A stretch of DNA of 63,544 nt, the filler included, from Rhabdomonas costata (lineage: Eukaryota), in NCBI GenBank assembly GCA_019059605.1. It is 47 parts of 47 records of this genome, joined end to end, with 100 filler letters (N's around TTAATTAATTAA, not from the genome) between each part and the next. Parts side by side here need not be neighbours in the genome. Positions count along the whole stretch, not along the records: positions 1 to 1,255 come from JAHMHO010021751.1; positions 1,356 to 2,610 come from JAHMHO010021752.1; positions 2,711 to 3,965 come from JAHMHO010021753.1; positions 4,066 to 5,320 come from JAHMHO010021754.1; positions 5,421 to 6,681 come from JAHMHO010021755.1; positions 6,782 to 8,036 come from JAHMHO010021756.1; positions 8,137 to 9,391 come from JAHMHO010021757.1; positions 9,492 to 10,746 come from JAHMHO010021758.1; 39 more parts are not named here. One strand, 5' to 3'. Below the pieces are notes generated by a model, which searched no databases, had not been told where the DNA came from, and saw nothing but the letters and a program-made list of their open reading frames with translations. The translations under genes were made by a program, and so were the position numbers. Below, piece by piece: positions 1-12,384 of this stretch (the stretch's first letter is position 1; each line of letters begins with the position of its first letter).

Positions 1-409
1 GTGGTTGTTGTGACATGAACAGCAGAGTGTTGTTGAACAAACGATGATGGGATCGTGAATGTTCTATCCTGGCGGCGACAGACCCAATCCGTTCATAACA
101 ACACTCTGCTGTTCATGTCACAACAAGCTGGGTTGCCCACTCATTGAGCAGTAAGGTTAAGACCTTGGATTTACGAAGGGAATGAAAGGGTACCAATGAG
201 GTTTTTTTATTCTCCAGTGGTTGATACCGAGTCGCTATTGCTTGCACTGTGTGTGTGAGACTTGCATTCGTGACCTGGGGATGGGACATATTGTGAAAAT
301 AGTATCTTGCGATGTTGAGTAATCTTTGTGCGAACTTTTCTGTTTTGTGAGATTCCTGTGCTACCAATGTGGTTTAAGTATTTTTATTCCCTCTTTGTCT
401 CTTGAGAAC

Positions 410-1255
410 ATGTCGGCGTCTGGACCTTCCGGCAAGCCCGCCACGACGGAGCGCAGCGACGACCCCAGCGAGGCTTTGGTGTATCCTCCTTCTGCCCAAT
501 TTCAGGGATCGAAGCTCAGGGCGCCCAAGCCTCCTCGGAGTGCCCCCACAAATGGGGTTACAGGGAACTTTCGCGCCGCTCTGTGCGAGCTGGCAGCGAG
601 TATGGGCTACAGCAGCCAAGAGGTGGTGCAGTTCCTGCGTGAAGGTGGCCGCCCCCCCCAACACAGAAACGGCTCTGGGGGCCGGGCGAGGATGAGTTCT
701 GGGTGACGGAAAGCTATTTGACGTGCCTTAACAGCTTGGATGTGACCACATCACACAACACTGCAGAATGGTTGAGAGGGAAACTCGTTCTTTGAGGATG
801 TATTCACGAGCATACTAGCATACTTTCTATTTGCTTTTCTTTCCTTTCCTTTATTCTTTTCTCTTCTTGTTTGTTTGTTTTTTATTTACGTTTTATTTAG
901 GTTCTATTTACGTTCTATTTAGGGTCGTGCGCTGGGCAGCTTCTGGAACTTCTGGGACAGTTCTTCGAGCGACGCCCGGAAAATCTCCTTCCGTTTCTCT
1001 CCACTCAATGCCTCAAAAACCCCTCTCCTGGTGCCGCCGCTCCGCAGGACTCCACCACCGAAGAGCTCCTCCAGCTGAGGGCTCGGGTCGCCGAGCTGGA
1101 GGCAACTCTTAACCTCACCGCAGGGGACGCCGCAGTTTCCGCGGAGGTGCTGAAGAAGGCGGTGCTGTATGTGAAGTCAGGCATGCTGAGCCGGATGGAC
1201 GAGGGCTTGACCTCGCCAGCCAGCCAGCTCCAATCCTTCTATCCCCCAACCCAAC
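410..1255 (+). CDS. Hypothetical protein, 5' part; exons 410-644 and 923->1255; possible RIIa/Dpy-30-like docking motif plus coiled coil
   Basis: ATG at 410; GT donor at 645; long polypyrimidine tract and AG at 921-922; phases match (FLRE-G-SCAGQLLELLGQFFERRPENLLPFLS...EELLQLRARVAELEATL); frame open to contig end. Confidence 0.6.
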
Positions 1256-1355
1256 NNNNNNNNNNNNNNNNNNNNNNNNNNNNNNNNNNNNNNNNNNNNT
1301 TAATTAATTAANNNNNNNNNNNNNNNNNNNNNNNNNNNNNNNNNNNNNNNNNNNN
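1256..1355. other. Artificial contig-joining spacer (first of 46): N44-TTAATTAATTAA-N44
   Basis: Identical 100-bp block with stops in all six frames recurs about every 1355 bp; flanking contigs are almost all 1254-1255 bp, i.e. a size-sorted concatenation. Confidence 0.99.
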
Positions 1356-1498
1356 GGGTGTTGTGCACCGATACGTGATCCGTGCTGAACTCCGACGCCG
1401 CAAGCCGTGTTAAAAACTGAATATGACCTATCGTCGAAAAAAACCAGAATCCGCGCTTTTTTCTTCGCACGAGGCACTCACGTTCCTTTTGAATTCAG

Positions 1499-2551
1499 TC
1501 ACTTGGCCGCTGAGATTGCAAACGTCTACCGAAGGCGAAAGGAAGCTAATTCACCTGTGGACGATCTCATGCAGCTGGTGACTCTTATAGTCCCCTTCGA
1601 TTTTAAGCACAACTCCGAACCTCAAGGTACAATTAGTCTGTACGTTACTATCTGCAGTCTATCTGCGTGAATCCATTTGTCCTCCTCCATTCCTCTCCCC
1701 TCAGTCAAAGTCCCAAGTCCAAGTGACTGCACCTTTTTTTCTTTCCCAGCCTGCGACCTGCTTTTGGAAGTTGGTCGGCTCTCCGATTTGGTTGAGCATT
1801 GCAATGCAGACAATTATCAGCGAGTTTGCCACTACCTGCTGAGTTGTGCCGACTACATTGTTGCCCCTGCGGACCGAAAGAGTCTTATGACGGTTTGAGT
1901 CTTTGGTTCATCTCCCCGTGCACGCGGAGCAGTTTTTCTATTCATACATCTATCTTTACCCCAGTAACAGCAAGTTGCCGAGAGGTTCAATTTGCTCAAC
2001 ACCACAACTGCTTCAGCAATAATTGACATAATTGACATAATTCTCTGCCGATTTGTTTCTATGGTCGGGGAAGGAAGGCGGGAACGGCTTCATACGTTTC
2101 ATGCTTCGAAAATGGAAATGCCGCCAACGCCAGCGGTGCCATCCGCCGGCTGCTGCTAAAACAAACCGTGATTTCGGGCCTTGACCCCCCCCCTCTCCTT
2201 ATGTGGCCTCCTCAGGCAGCTCACGCAGTTTGCACCAAGCTGAAGAAACTTTCTGAGGCTCTGCGAGTCGCGATGCTTATCGGCGACTTAGACCTTGTCC
2301 GGGAAACCTTCGCAAGCTGCGACGATCCGTAAGTCATTTTTTCCTCCCCGGGTTTCGGTTGCCCGTGAATTTGCGGAATTACCTTTTAGTGGGATTTTTC
2401 ACCACCACTGGGCTCGAAAAAGTGATACCAAAGTTTTTCATCTTCGTGTTCCGGCACAATCGTTTTTCCTCTGTTTGCCCGTCCATCAGAGCGACAAAGA
2501 AACAAATGGCATTTCAATTGGCTTCACAGCGGCTGTTCGTGGAACCCACGG
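1499..2551 (+). CDS. RPN1: 26S proteasome regulatory subunit Rpn1/PSMD2, internal exons 1499-1626, 1750-1892, 2216-2328, 2490-2551
   Basis: Spliced translation HLAAEIANVY...DDLMQLVTLIVPFDFKHNSEPQACDLLLEVGRL...NYQRVCHYLLSCADY...EALRVAMLIGD...FASCDDPATKKQMAFQLASQR matches Rpn1 N-terminal motifs; all introns GT-AG with consistent phase. Confidence 0.93.
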
Positions 2552-4529
2552 GTGCGTGCCCCTCTCCCGCCCCCACCCCTACCTCTCTCTGACGCTGCAA
2601 TTCAGTGTTCNNNNNNNNNNNNNNNNNNNNNNNNNNNNNNNNNNNNNNNNNNNNTTAATTAATTAANNNNNNNNNNNNNNNNNNNNNNNNNNNNNNNNNN
2701 NNNNNNNNNNGTGGGGTGGGGGCGGAGCCCCCCTCAGCAACTTCCCAGGGTTAGGATGCGATGCCTGCTCTCGTTTTTGACAGCCATGTTTACCATTTTT
2801 GATTTGGAGGCTTTGTGCTCTGATGAGGAAAGGTTTATCTCTTTCCTCACCAATGACGCTGCTCTCTGTGCTTCTGTGCCCAGTAAGTTTAGGCACGCAG
2901 TTCAAATTTCACAGAGCAGGTGTTTGCAGCTGTCATACCTTTAATCTAAAAAAGGGAGCAACCCACGGGGGGTTGGAATGGAATGGGGTTTCAGGTCTAT
3001 TCATGTGCAGTGCGACGGGAAAGTGCCTGCCCAATTGCTGGAAATCCAGGCGTTCGCCCGGAGGATGCGGTCCTCACCGGAGCCCGTATGCCGACTTTGG
3101 ATTTGATTGACGTGCCCACCTCCACCTCCACCACCCGTCCAGTGTGGGTCTGGCGTTGCGTTGGGGGGAAGTTTGGAAGTTTTCTCCACTACATTTTCGC
3201 GCGTCATTTTTCTTCCGCCACTTTGCAAGCATGAGACTATGTCCACGGTTCTACACCAAAACTGGCCAGGTTGCCAAAGGAAAGGAGCAGCCTGATGATG
3301 TTTTACCAACTCTCACCATAGGGCGCGTTCTTGCCTGTTGATGTCCTGGAGATTTGTGACGGCGCTCTGGGATGCCTCGAGGGGAGTGACCATTCGTCTT
3401 CTCCGCCTGTGCTGGACTCCCGCTGGCTGTGTCCAGGTTCAGGCCCAGAGTTACGACTGATCCTGGGGGCCGAGGTGTGGCAGTGTCTGTGTATTCGCTT
3501 GCTTGCAGAACCCTTTGTTATGGGTGTTGTAGGCACAGAGACGTTGTACGTCCTTGTAAGCTGTTCTGACTTTGCGGAAACGTTACGAACGGTTACGCAC
3601 TCACAAACCTCCTCAAAAACATCGAAAAAGTTTGGGCAGCATTCCCCCCCCACACACACAAAGGAGACACAATGAAACCTATGCTTTTGCTGAGAGGCAA
3701 AATAACTTAAATGGAGAGCCGATCGACAATCCATTACTAGTGCAGCGCAATTGTATCTCTGTCATCCTAACTCAGGTCAACCAGGGAAGCCACTCAACAT
3801 AAGCGTGGGTTCAATCTTTTATGGTGGTTGCTCACTCGTCTCGCTTAAGAGTCAACGCAACGCGTGGTGAACGCGTGAACGCCAGGCGAGAAGAACAAAA
3901 GGGAACACAATCGCGGCAATAAGCATTGTAATAAAGCTTCATGTGCCGTTGGATGACAGGGGGGGNNNNNNNNNNNNNNNNNNNNNNNNNNNNNNNNNNN
4001 NNNNNNNNNTTAATTAATTAANNNNNNNNNNNNNNNNNNNNNNNNNNNNNNNNNNNNNNNNNNNNAAGAATGGGAGTAGGTTCCAACCCCGTTGTCCAAA
4101 GTTGGCCTAGCATTGGCCCATTACCTTAGGAGAAGGTGGTGTGCTTCTCCGGATGGCTTGCGCCCGGTCAGGCCAGGTCCACCAAGAAAAGAAGGGGTAG
4201 TGACCCCCTTCTGGCCATTACATATATGAGCGGCCAGGGGCAGAACGGCCCGATTGCCGAAAGCCATCAGACGTCGCCATGAGGGACCCGAAAGTTGTGT
4301 TTACAAAGCTTCGAGGTAGCCTTGCGGAGCAGGTAAAAACCTCCCGATCACGATGTTGCGGAGCGTGCGCAGAGCACCCGATCCATCCTTCGTGGGTGCA
4401 AGACCATGCAGCATCAGAAATGCCTCTTTCAGCGCTTTCACAGCCCCGAGACGTCAGAACTCGCGAAAGATAGCGCGCGCACTCCCTTGCAGCCAATCAT
4501 ATTGTTATATTTGTGCCTTGTGTTGTCAG

Positions 4530-4789
4530 GGAGTCTCGGACCAGTTCCAGGGAGCTCTGATCACCAGTGTGCAGTCCTCCCTGCAGACCTTCGTGGACCG
4601 TGGGGAGAGCTCCGTGGATCAGGCGATAAGCTACCTGCACGCCACGGGGGTGCTTTTGGGGAATGGGACGTCTGCGGGGGAGTCCTCGTGGGCGGTGAAG
4701 CAGTTTCAGGACCTGGTGTTCAGCATGGTGAAGGTCAGCCCCTGGATGTTCGTCTTCAACATCTCTGTGCTCTCGGACATACGAGACGG
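4530..4789 (+). CDS. Isolated internal exon, unknown protein
   Basis: CAG acceptor before 4530, GTAAGT donor at 4790, GC3-rich open frame GVSDQFQGALITSVQSSLQTFVDRGE... Confidence 0.6.
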
Positions 4790-5479
4790 GTAAGTCGGCT
4801 TCCTTCAGCCCCCTGCTTCCTCTCCCTGCCTTGTCTTCCATCCGCGAGCTTAACCGCACAAAATCTCAGCGTCTCAAGGCGGCATCCGAAGGTCTGAGTT
4901 TCTGAAACTTCAAGCCGAGTTTGCCCTTTTCATCCTGAATGGCTATCATCACAAGAAGCAACCTTCTTGCACCTGTCCTTTTTTTCCGCTGCACCACGCG
5001 GAGGAAAGCCGCCTTCAAAATTTCCGCCAAAGAGTCCCCTTGGAGACGTGCCCTCTGACCAGGCTATTCCAAACCCATGAAAGTTGTCTTTTGGTTTGTA
5101 TCAGGGAAACCTGTCATACTCCATTCCCTCCCCCGGATGTTGGAAGAGGAGCTGTTCCCCTTTGCTCAGAACAGAGATACCAGTGCCCAAACGCTGGTGC
5201 GGAGAAGTTTAAATGGAATGCCACTCCGGTGGTCCGTGCTTTCCTGATTCTTGCGTGGCCTCCTCAGGTATTGTGTGAAGCAGCAGATGTCTCTCGGGTG
5301 GCTCAACGTCAATCTTTTCANNNNNNNNNNNNNNNNNNNNNNNNNNNNNNNNNNNNNNNNNNNNTTAATTAATTAANNNNNNNNNNNNNNNNNNNNNNNN
5401 NNNNNNNNNNNNNNNNNNNNGGGGGGGGGAGGAAGCCAGTTTGCGAATTACAGGCAAGATTCCAGGTAAAAAGATAAAT

Positions 5480-5747
5480 GGCATTACTTTAGAATTGTAC
5501 CCACGGCCAGGAACCCTAACCTAACCCTAACCCTAACCGTATCCATAACCCTAACCCTAACCCTAACCCTAACCCTAACCCTAACCCTAACCCTAACCCT
5601 AACCCCCAAAGGTAACGTCAAAGAAGCCAATAAACACATCTTGTACTTTTCCATCCATTTTCTTCGCTTCTTGTCATCTCCAACAATTTCCAAAAGATCC
5701 AAAAAAGAACCTGAAGACAGAGGTGGGTACAATTCTAAAGTAACGCC
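5480..5747. mobile_element. 268-bp MITE, Merlin-like termini, carrying telomeric repeats
   Basis: TIRs 5480-5504 GGCATTACTTTAGAATTGTACCCAC and 5723-5747 GTGGGTACAATTCTAAAGTAACGCC (24/25 match); perfect 8-bp direct repeat AGATAAAT at 5472-5479 and 5748-5755. Confidence 0.88.
5512..5606 (+). repeat. Interstitial telomeric (CCCTAA)n array, about 15 units with a few variants
   Basis: Direct reading: AACCCTAACCTAACCCTAACCCTAACCGTATCCATAACCCTAACCCTAA... Confidence 0.97.
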
Positions 5748-6402
5748 AGATAAATATATAGAGAATATATAAAGATAAATATGAATTTTGAATACAAATG
5801 CAAGGGCTCCATATTATCTGTACCGGTTCTTTGGTTTAAGGCGATGCAATTCTGTATGGTGATGGTTAGGGGTTGCGGTCAGGGGCTGAGGGTGGAGATT
5901 TGCTTCGAAGTGTTCTTTTCCTGGTATAAAAACCGAATCAAACGCAAATATCGTCATTTAACTCCTGTCGACCCTCCGGCTAACGGGCACCGCGACGGCG
6001 CCATCCCTCCCACAAAAAACACTCCGCACACATGATTTTTGAGGCAGGGTTGTTGAAAGCGGCACCATTTAACACCCACTAACAAAACGTCCCGCCAGAC
6101 AGGATGCCATCTCACCACAGACACACACATAGGGAGACACGCACACAGACACAACCTGCACCGAGATACTGGAGGGCCCGTACACAGTGAGGTGTTGGGG
6201 TTGAACTACACCTGCACCACTGGCTTGGTAACAGGTTCGATAATACCCACCTAGAGAAAAGAAGAAAGAAGTCAGCGAAGTGTGTGCATGCGGGTGCGCG
6301 TCCGTGAGTGACACGGGAGGAATTGAGCTCAGATCACTATTATGAAGCAACCGTGAAAGAGGACTGTCAAAACCTCCAGGCATTACCAAATTTCCAGCAG
6401 TG

Positions 6403-6595
6403 CCTTGCAATCCCAGGGGACCCCTATATCGCCACCTAACCCCCTGCAAGCTCCTCTATCACAACCTCAGGGGACCCATGCATCGCCTCCTAACCCCCCT
6501 GCAAAGTTTCTAATGTGATCCGGGGGACCCGTCCATCGCCACCTAACCTTCTCAAATTCCTATATTAGAATCCCAACCGCGCATCATCTCCTAGT
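6403..6595 (+). repeat. Degenerate minisatellite, about 50-55-bp unit, 3-4 copies; same family as 59232-59470
   Basis: Recurring GGGGACCC-n-ATCGCC(A/T)CCTAACCCCCTGCAA core. Confidence 0.8.
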
Positions 6596-8136
6596 GCCAT
6601 GCACTCTCAGGAAGGGGTCCATACAGCACTAGTTCACGGCCCAAACAGGAGCATCACACCACCACCCCAAACACACCAACANNNNNNNNNNNNNNNNNNN
6701 NNNNNNNNNNNNNNNNNNNNNNNNNTTAATTAATTAANNNNNNNNNNNNNNNNNNNNNNNNNNNNNNNNNNNNNNNNNNNNTGTTGTTTTTTCCTCGCTT
6801 CGTGGTGCTGTTTTTCTTACCCAGTGATCCTGCACCCACGGGAGGACTTACTTTCTGACGTGCGCAGACATATGTTTGGACCCTTTCTGCTGCACATTGC
6901 TTACTCGTCTGGACCCAGACTTGTACTTCGCTTTAAATTCCCTTTTTAGTTCCGTTCCCGAAATCGCTACTGTGCGACGGTTCCTGGGCAACCAACCTGC
7001 CCCTGGATCACGACTTGAGCACCCGGTGGTTTTTGGATTGACGTGCACCTTTCCACAGGCAGAAAGTGTGCCTGGCAATGGCATCCGTGAGTGCCGCACA
7101 CAGAGGCAGGACCAGACCAGCGCTTGCGGAAGGCCGTAAGGGAGACCTGCCTGCCAACCGGGGTGTATGAGCGCGGACGGGTGAGCGCGCATGAAGAGTG
7201 CTCCCCATACGCCAGTTGGGGTTCCCAAGGCCCCGCGTACAGCATCGGTCTAAGGTCCCGAGGGCAACACCGACCCTGTGAAGCAGGAGAGAGTTACTTG
7301 AGGCAGCGAGGCGTAGAGGAGAGAGTGAAGGTGATGATAGGCATGGGGGGCCCAGGGGAGACGTCACCCTGGCCGAGTGTACAAAGTGAATGTGTGTGTA
7401 GATTAGATTTCTGGCCACCCACCTGAATATGCCGGCACGTCGAGAAACTCCTCAGCTGCAATTTTTCAGCTTTCACACGTTTTTGTTTGTGTGACACCTG
7501 TGCCCTCCGGCCCGCCCATTTGCGCAGAGCCTGTGGCCGTGTGTCACTCTTCGCAACTGGGCTCCCGTGGTTGTTGTGTTGAGGTTGTTTTCCTTCTCTC
7601 ATATCAAAAATTTCTGTGAGAGAATGTAGAGATTGCACTTTTATGGCTCCCAGTTTCGCCCCACTCACCACGTTCTCCCCACCCACTTCTTCCTTACCAA
7701 TACCGCGTCACCCTGTACTGTAAATTTCGATGTACTGTGGTGATAGGTTGCTCTCGTCATTCCTGCGCATGGACAGATCCGTTTTCCGAGACGTTGTTCG
7801 CAAGCCTGTCTACCTCGGCGGGATTCCAGGCAGGCAATGTCACCGCGCCCCCAGGCAGTTCCGCCCAGCTGCTGTCGATGGCTGACATCATCCTGGGTGC
7901 CGGCCGATCCGTGATGGTGTGTGTATGTATGTATGTGTCGCTTTCCGCCCTTGCGCGTAAAGAAGAAGAGAGCTGAAGCAGCCTCCAGGGGATGCACTAT
8001 TTTTTGTGCACGCGAGCGGGTGAAGACAAGAAAACCNNNNNNNNNNNNNNNNNNNNNNNNNNNNNNNNNNNNNNNNNNNNTTAATTAATTAANNNNNNNN
8101 NNNNNNNNNNNNNNNNNNNNNNNNNNNNNNNNNNNN

Positions 8137-9367
8137 GTGGTTGTTGGAAGCTGGGTTGCGGCACGCTGCAGAAGGTACAAACGGATATGCAGGAGGAGCG
8201 CCGTCCAATGCTCGAGATCCTCCCATCGGCCAAAAACGCTGCTGGGGGAAAACCCCGCCCAGATCAGCAGCGTCACTGGCATCGCCGCGGGGTGGCTTCA
8301 TACACAATGGCGGGAGAATCCTCCGAAGCAGCCACGTACGCTCTTCCTTGAAAATTGGCGTCGGTAGTCCGCCTCTACACAATACGCATCACAACAATAC
8401 CTTTCCTGAGCAAAACGTCATCGGGGCCAATCCGACGGTCTTGGAAAACGAGCAGGTGAAGTGCGTCCAATGCAGCTTCTCTCAGCTCGCGAGGTTCAAG
8501 GTCTTGAAGGCCACTGAACCTGAGGAATGTCAGGGTAGTTTCGATAACAGCCGCTTCGATCGAAAAGTGGAACACGCCGTTGCTGCGCCTCGATCTCCTC
8601 GCAAAAGCCGTGGAATGCACGAAGGATTGTTGACATCAGCTTTGCCAACGAATGCTTCAGTGCAGAGATGACATGGTGGTCTTTGGAAAAGTATTCCCTA
8701 GTCAACTTTTCTCGTTCTTCTGATGTGCAAGCATCAAGAGTAAGAAGAATGGCTGTGTTAGGTCCGCGGCAATTTCTGCGGATTCGATGATGGTGCGCAA
8801 GGCCGTACCGCAAAACACCAACATGACTTGCGCAAAGCGTGTCGAGAAGGTTTCGTACACCTTGCGGAGGGACGAGACCAGCCCCCGAACCACAGGCAGA
8901 CACGTGGATACGTCGTCGAGGATAATCAAAAGCTGAAGGCTATCCTTCGTCATACACGCTGCTGACTCAGGAAGGCTGCCTTCGAAACCCGGCGAAGTAG
9001 TCACAAACTGAACCAAGGCCTTAAGGCATTTCTCGTCTCTTCAGCACTTCTGCTCTTGTGTGTCAGCTGGAGTCGCGACATCCACCTTGCAAGCGGCTTT
9101 GTATGCGTCTTTCCACAGAGCGTGGGTTCCTTGACGGGCACCAGCCACTGGAATGCTGGTGACTGGGACACGGGTTTCCACTCTCATCTCGTTGATGAGA
9201 GTGAAGACTTCTGGGCAATCATCTATAAACACCCCCTTTCCTGCGCTGCTTAAAAGTTTGCGAACGGCAGCGTTGTTGGACGCTGAAATCGCTTCGCACA
9301 ACTTCTCGAGAGGAACGTCCTTATCGCTTTTGGCTAGAAAGGTCGCCGACAACACGCCAAGAGCCAT
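8137..9367 (-). pseudogene. Intronless disrupted ORF, possible P-loop NTPase of the Crinkler/RHS-like multicopy type
   Basis: ORFs 9041-9367 and 8702-9016 are in one frame separated by a TGA; reading continues through frameshifts into 8496-8903, 8375-8620 and 8137-8382; Walker-B-like LLIILDDVS followed by VVRGLV and MLVFCGT. Confidence 0.45.
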
Positions 9368-10492
9368 ATCATCCTAGGTCGCACCACCAACNNNNNNNNN
9401 NNNNNNNNNNNNNNNNNNNNNNNNNNNNNNNNNNNTTAATTAATTAANNNNNNNNNNNNNNNNNNNNNNNNNNNNNNNNNNNNNNNNNNNNTGTGGGTGT
9501 GTTGGGACGTTTTTGTTACGTTTTTCAACTGTCTGCTGCAATGAACGACAGTTGAAAAACGTAACAAAAACGTCCCAACACACCAACAACAACAAACCAC
9601 TGGACCAAAATGCTGAGCACCTGTCACGATCTATATCGCGTAGGTGTAGCAATAGAGATAGAAGTCATGTAGGAGAAGAAACGAGAGGTGGTGTCATGTG
9701 GAAATTGATGCAAATGATGCAATCAAGAGCGAGTGCATCGAGGGATACAATAGCGGATGAGATCAAGAGAAGACAGCGGATGAGATCAAGAGGTGTGGCA
9801 TCAAAGCATTCCATAGAGAGAGGTTTTAAAGGAGAAATTTGTCCTAGTTTGTTTTCAGAACGAAATTGGAGGAGAACGAAGGCAGGCCAGCGAGAAGAAG
9901 AAGCCCATCAAGAACAAGGCCTCCAACAAGCAGGAAGATCAAGAAGATCAAGAAGATCAAGCAAACAGCAGAGAAGAGCGAGGAAGGAAAACCAAACCTA
10001 CGAAAAAGGAGTGAGCGCAATGAATCCAAGATGTTGCCACTTTTTGTTATCACAGAAGTGCAGGTGGATTTGGTGTTTTTCTGCGGGTTTTAGGGACAAG
10101 CTGTGGGCGTGTGTGTTTGGGAGTTTTTGTTGTGCCGACGCTACCTGTAAAACACAAAGAGGAAGGAAGGAAGGAAGAGGACATTTTGGATGTAGAGTGT
10201 CATTGGAATTGCTACTCGCTATCAAGCGTCGAATTTCACCCCAAGTCCCCCCTCCGAGTTTGGCGAAGCGAGGCTGTGAGGCAGAAGACACACCACCGGC
10301 AAATTAGTCCAACCAAGTGGCGGAGTCAGCAGGAAAAGTGTGAAGCTCAAGGTGCGCTTGAAAGCGAGTTTATTGAGGGGAAGGCGGTTTAGTCCCCTTC
10401 CGAGCGTTTTGGGTCGAAGAGAAGGCGCTCAAGTCCCTTCGATGTAATGCAAGATGCGGGAAGCGAAGTGGTCGAGATACAGTAGCACTGAG

Positions 10493-10740
10493 GAAATTGC
10501 AGTAACTTTACCCAGTTTTTCACCATATAATGGTAACCCAGAGATTTTCATGCCTTAAATAATCACGGTGGAGGAGAAAAGGATGAAATGGAGTCCTTCG
10601 GACCAGGTTGCAATCACCTTTGCTGTAGGAGCAATGGGACAGCACGCCACAGGCACTGTGGCGGACGCTTAAAAGTTTCATACGTGGGACGCATTTGCTT
10701 ACTTGAAGGCATTGTTATGTTTCTACACTTTTGGGTACAA
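10493..10740 (+). mobile_element. Decayed LTR-retrotransposon gag fragment (second copy of the family at 12385-12640)
   Basis: Colinear shared words with contig 12202-13456: GAAATTGCAGTAAC, GTAACCCAGAGA, TCACGGTGGAGGAG, GACCAGGTTGCAATCAC, GTAGGAGCAATGG, ACGTGGGACGC, GCTTACTTGAAG, TACACTTTTG; contains stops and indels. Confidence 0.85.
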
Positions 10741-12384
10741 CACACANNNNNNNNNNNNNNNNNNNNNNNNNNNNNNNNNNNNNNNNNNNNTTAATTAATT
10801 AANNNNNNNNNNNNNNNNNNNNNNNNNNNNNNNNNNNNNNNNNNNNTTTGTTGGGTGAGGCTTAGTCTTGTGTTTGAGAAAGATTGGAGCTCTGCTCAAT
10901 TCGTGCCGTTCTTTCAGCTCCTGTGTGAATTGCACCATCACAAATTGAGCAGAGCTCCAATCTTTCTCAAACACAAGACTAAGCCTCATCCTACATGTCA
11001 GTATCAACTTTATCATTTCTCTATTGATCCTTTCAGAGTGCTCACCCTTCACGTTCAAAAAAAACGGAGGACCCAAAATACGTCTGTTTTCTTATCCTTC
11101 AAAGGTTTTTTTAACTGGAGTGCAACACAAGAGTCAGCATTTTCGGGAAGGGAATAAGAACATGAGCATAGGGTCTATTCTTCAAATTGATGAGGTAAAA
11201 CCAACACTTTTTGAAATCAAAATCTTGTTTTTGTTGTTGCACCCCGACCTCATTCACAAAGTCCTGTTACTGTAATCCAGTTCCTTGTTTTTTCTTGCTT
11301 TTCCACGCGTTTCTTTTCTTTTCTTTTGGCCCTCTCCCGTCCTAGCGTCCGTTGCCTTCCCGTGCTCCTCGGGCGGTGCTTCTTCTTTCTCCACGCGAGC
11401 TCCGCTGTCTCAGCTGCAGGTTCATACCCATAGGTTTCAGGAAACCGCGCAAAAGAAAACAGTGGGGCACAAGAACAACCGAGTAGCACGAAAGAAGAGA
11501 CTCTATGCACAGTGCAATGCAGATAAGATGGGAAGTGACTGTCAAAGATTGACGAAAGACCAGAACTGGGGGACCGAAACCATAGCGGGAAGGGTAAAGG
11601 GAGGTCAGTGACTTTCATGTTTATACTCCTTTGCGCGCCCTACAGGCTGCAGCCCTCTTTTTGTGCCCTCCACTGCAACCTCCGATTTCTCTTTCCAGTT
11701 TCACTCCGTTTTTGTCTTTTGCTGCTGGCCCATTCCTCTGCTTCCTTTCTCTCTCCCTGTTCCGGTGCCCGTTCCGTTCCACTTTTCTCTGTGATTTCTG
11801 TGTCTTTGCAACTGAACTGTTGTGCCGCAGTATTGTTAAAAAAAAAAGCTCGCTTTGGGTCGTCGCCCTTAATCACTGCGAGCTTGGTCAATGCCAAAGA
11901 CCGGAAAGGGAAAAGGTGGGAATCTGCCAATGCCAAGGCGGGCTCTAATTCGGCTCGCTAATAGCGGACTCACAAGAAACAAAAAATATTGGAAAGGGAA
12001 GGGACCACGGTGGAACTCGAAGAAGATGCGAACACGTGGAACAAACCAAAACCCCATCAGCCAACCTGCGAACTCACCAACATGCTGTCGCCCACCAACC
12101 CNNNNNNNNNNNNNNNNNNNNNNNNNNNNNNNNNNNNNNNNNNNNTTAATTAATTAANNNNNNNNNNNNNNNNNNNNNNNNNNNNNNNNNNNNNNNNNNN
12201 NTTGTTGGTGGGTCCAGAGCCCAGAGATCCCGCTGGGGCGGGAGAATTGTTGGTGCAGTTGGAAGAGGATTTGCGATTGATGAATTAGAATCAGGTGGCG
12301 ACAACTCAAGTTATGACAAGAGCTTTTGACAAGTTGACAGAGAGTACAAACCAAGAGGGTGCAGGTCGAGAGAGGAAGCACTTA

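Noticed and set aside
5-126. Perfect 30-bp inverted repeat (5-34 / 97-126)
   Set aside because: One arm sits at the contig end next to G/T primer-like bases, with no TSD; fold-back amplification chimera.
5484-5732. ORF with a VRVRVR repeat
   Set aside because: Translation of the TTAGGG array inside the MITE.
9496-9584. 38-bp perfect hairpin
   Set aside because: Contig-terminal fold-back artefact.
10856-10987. About 45-bp inverted repeat producing mirror-image ORFs
   Set aside because: Contig-terminal fold-back artefact.
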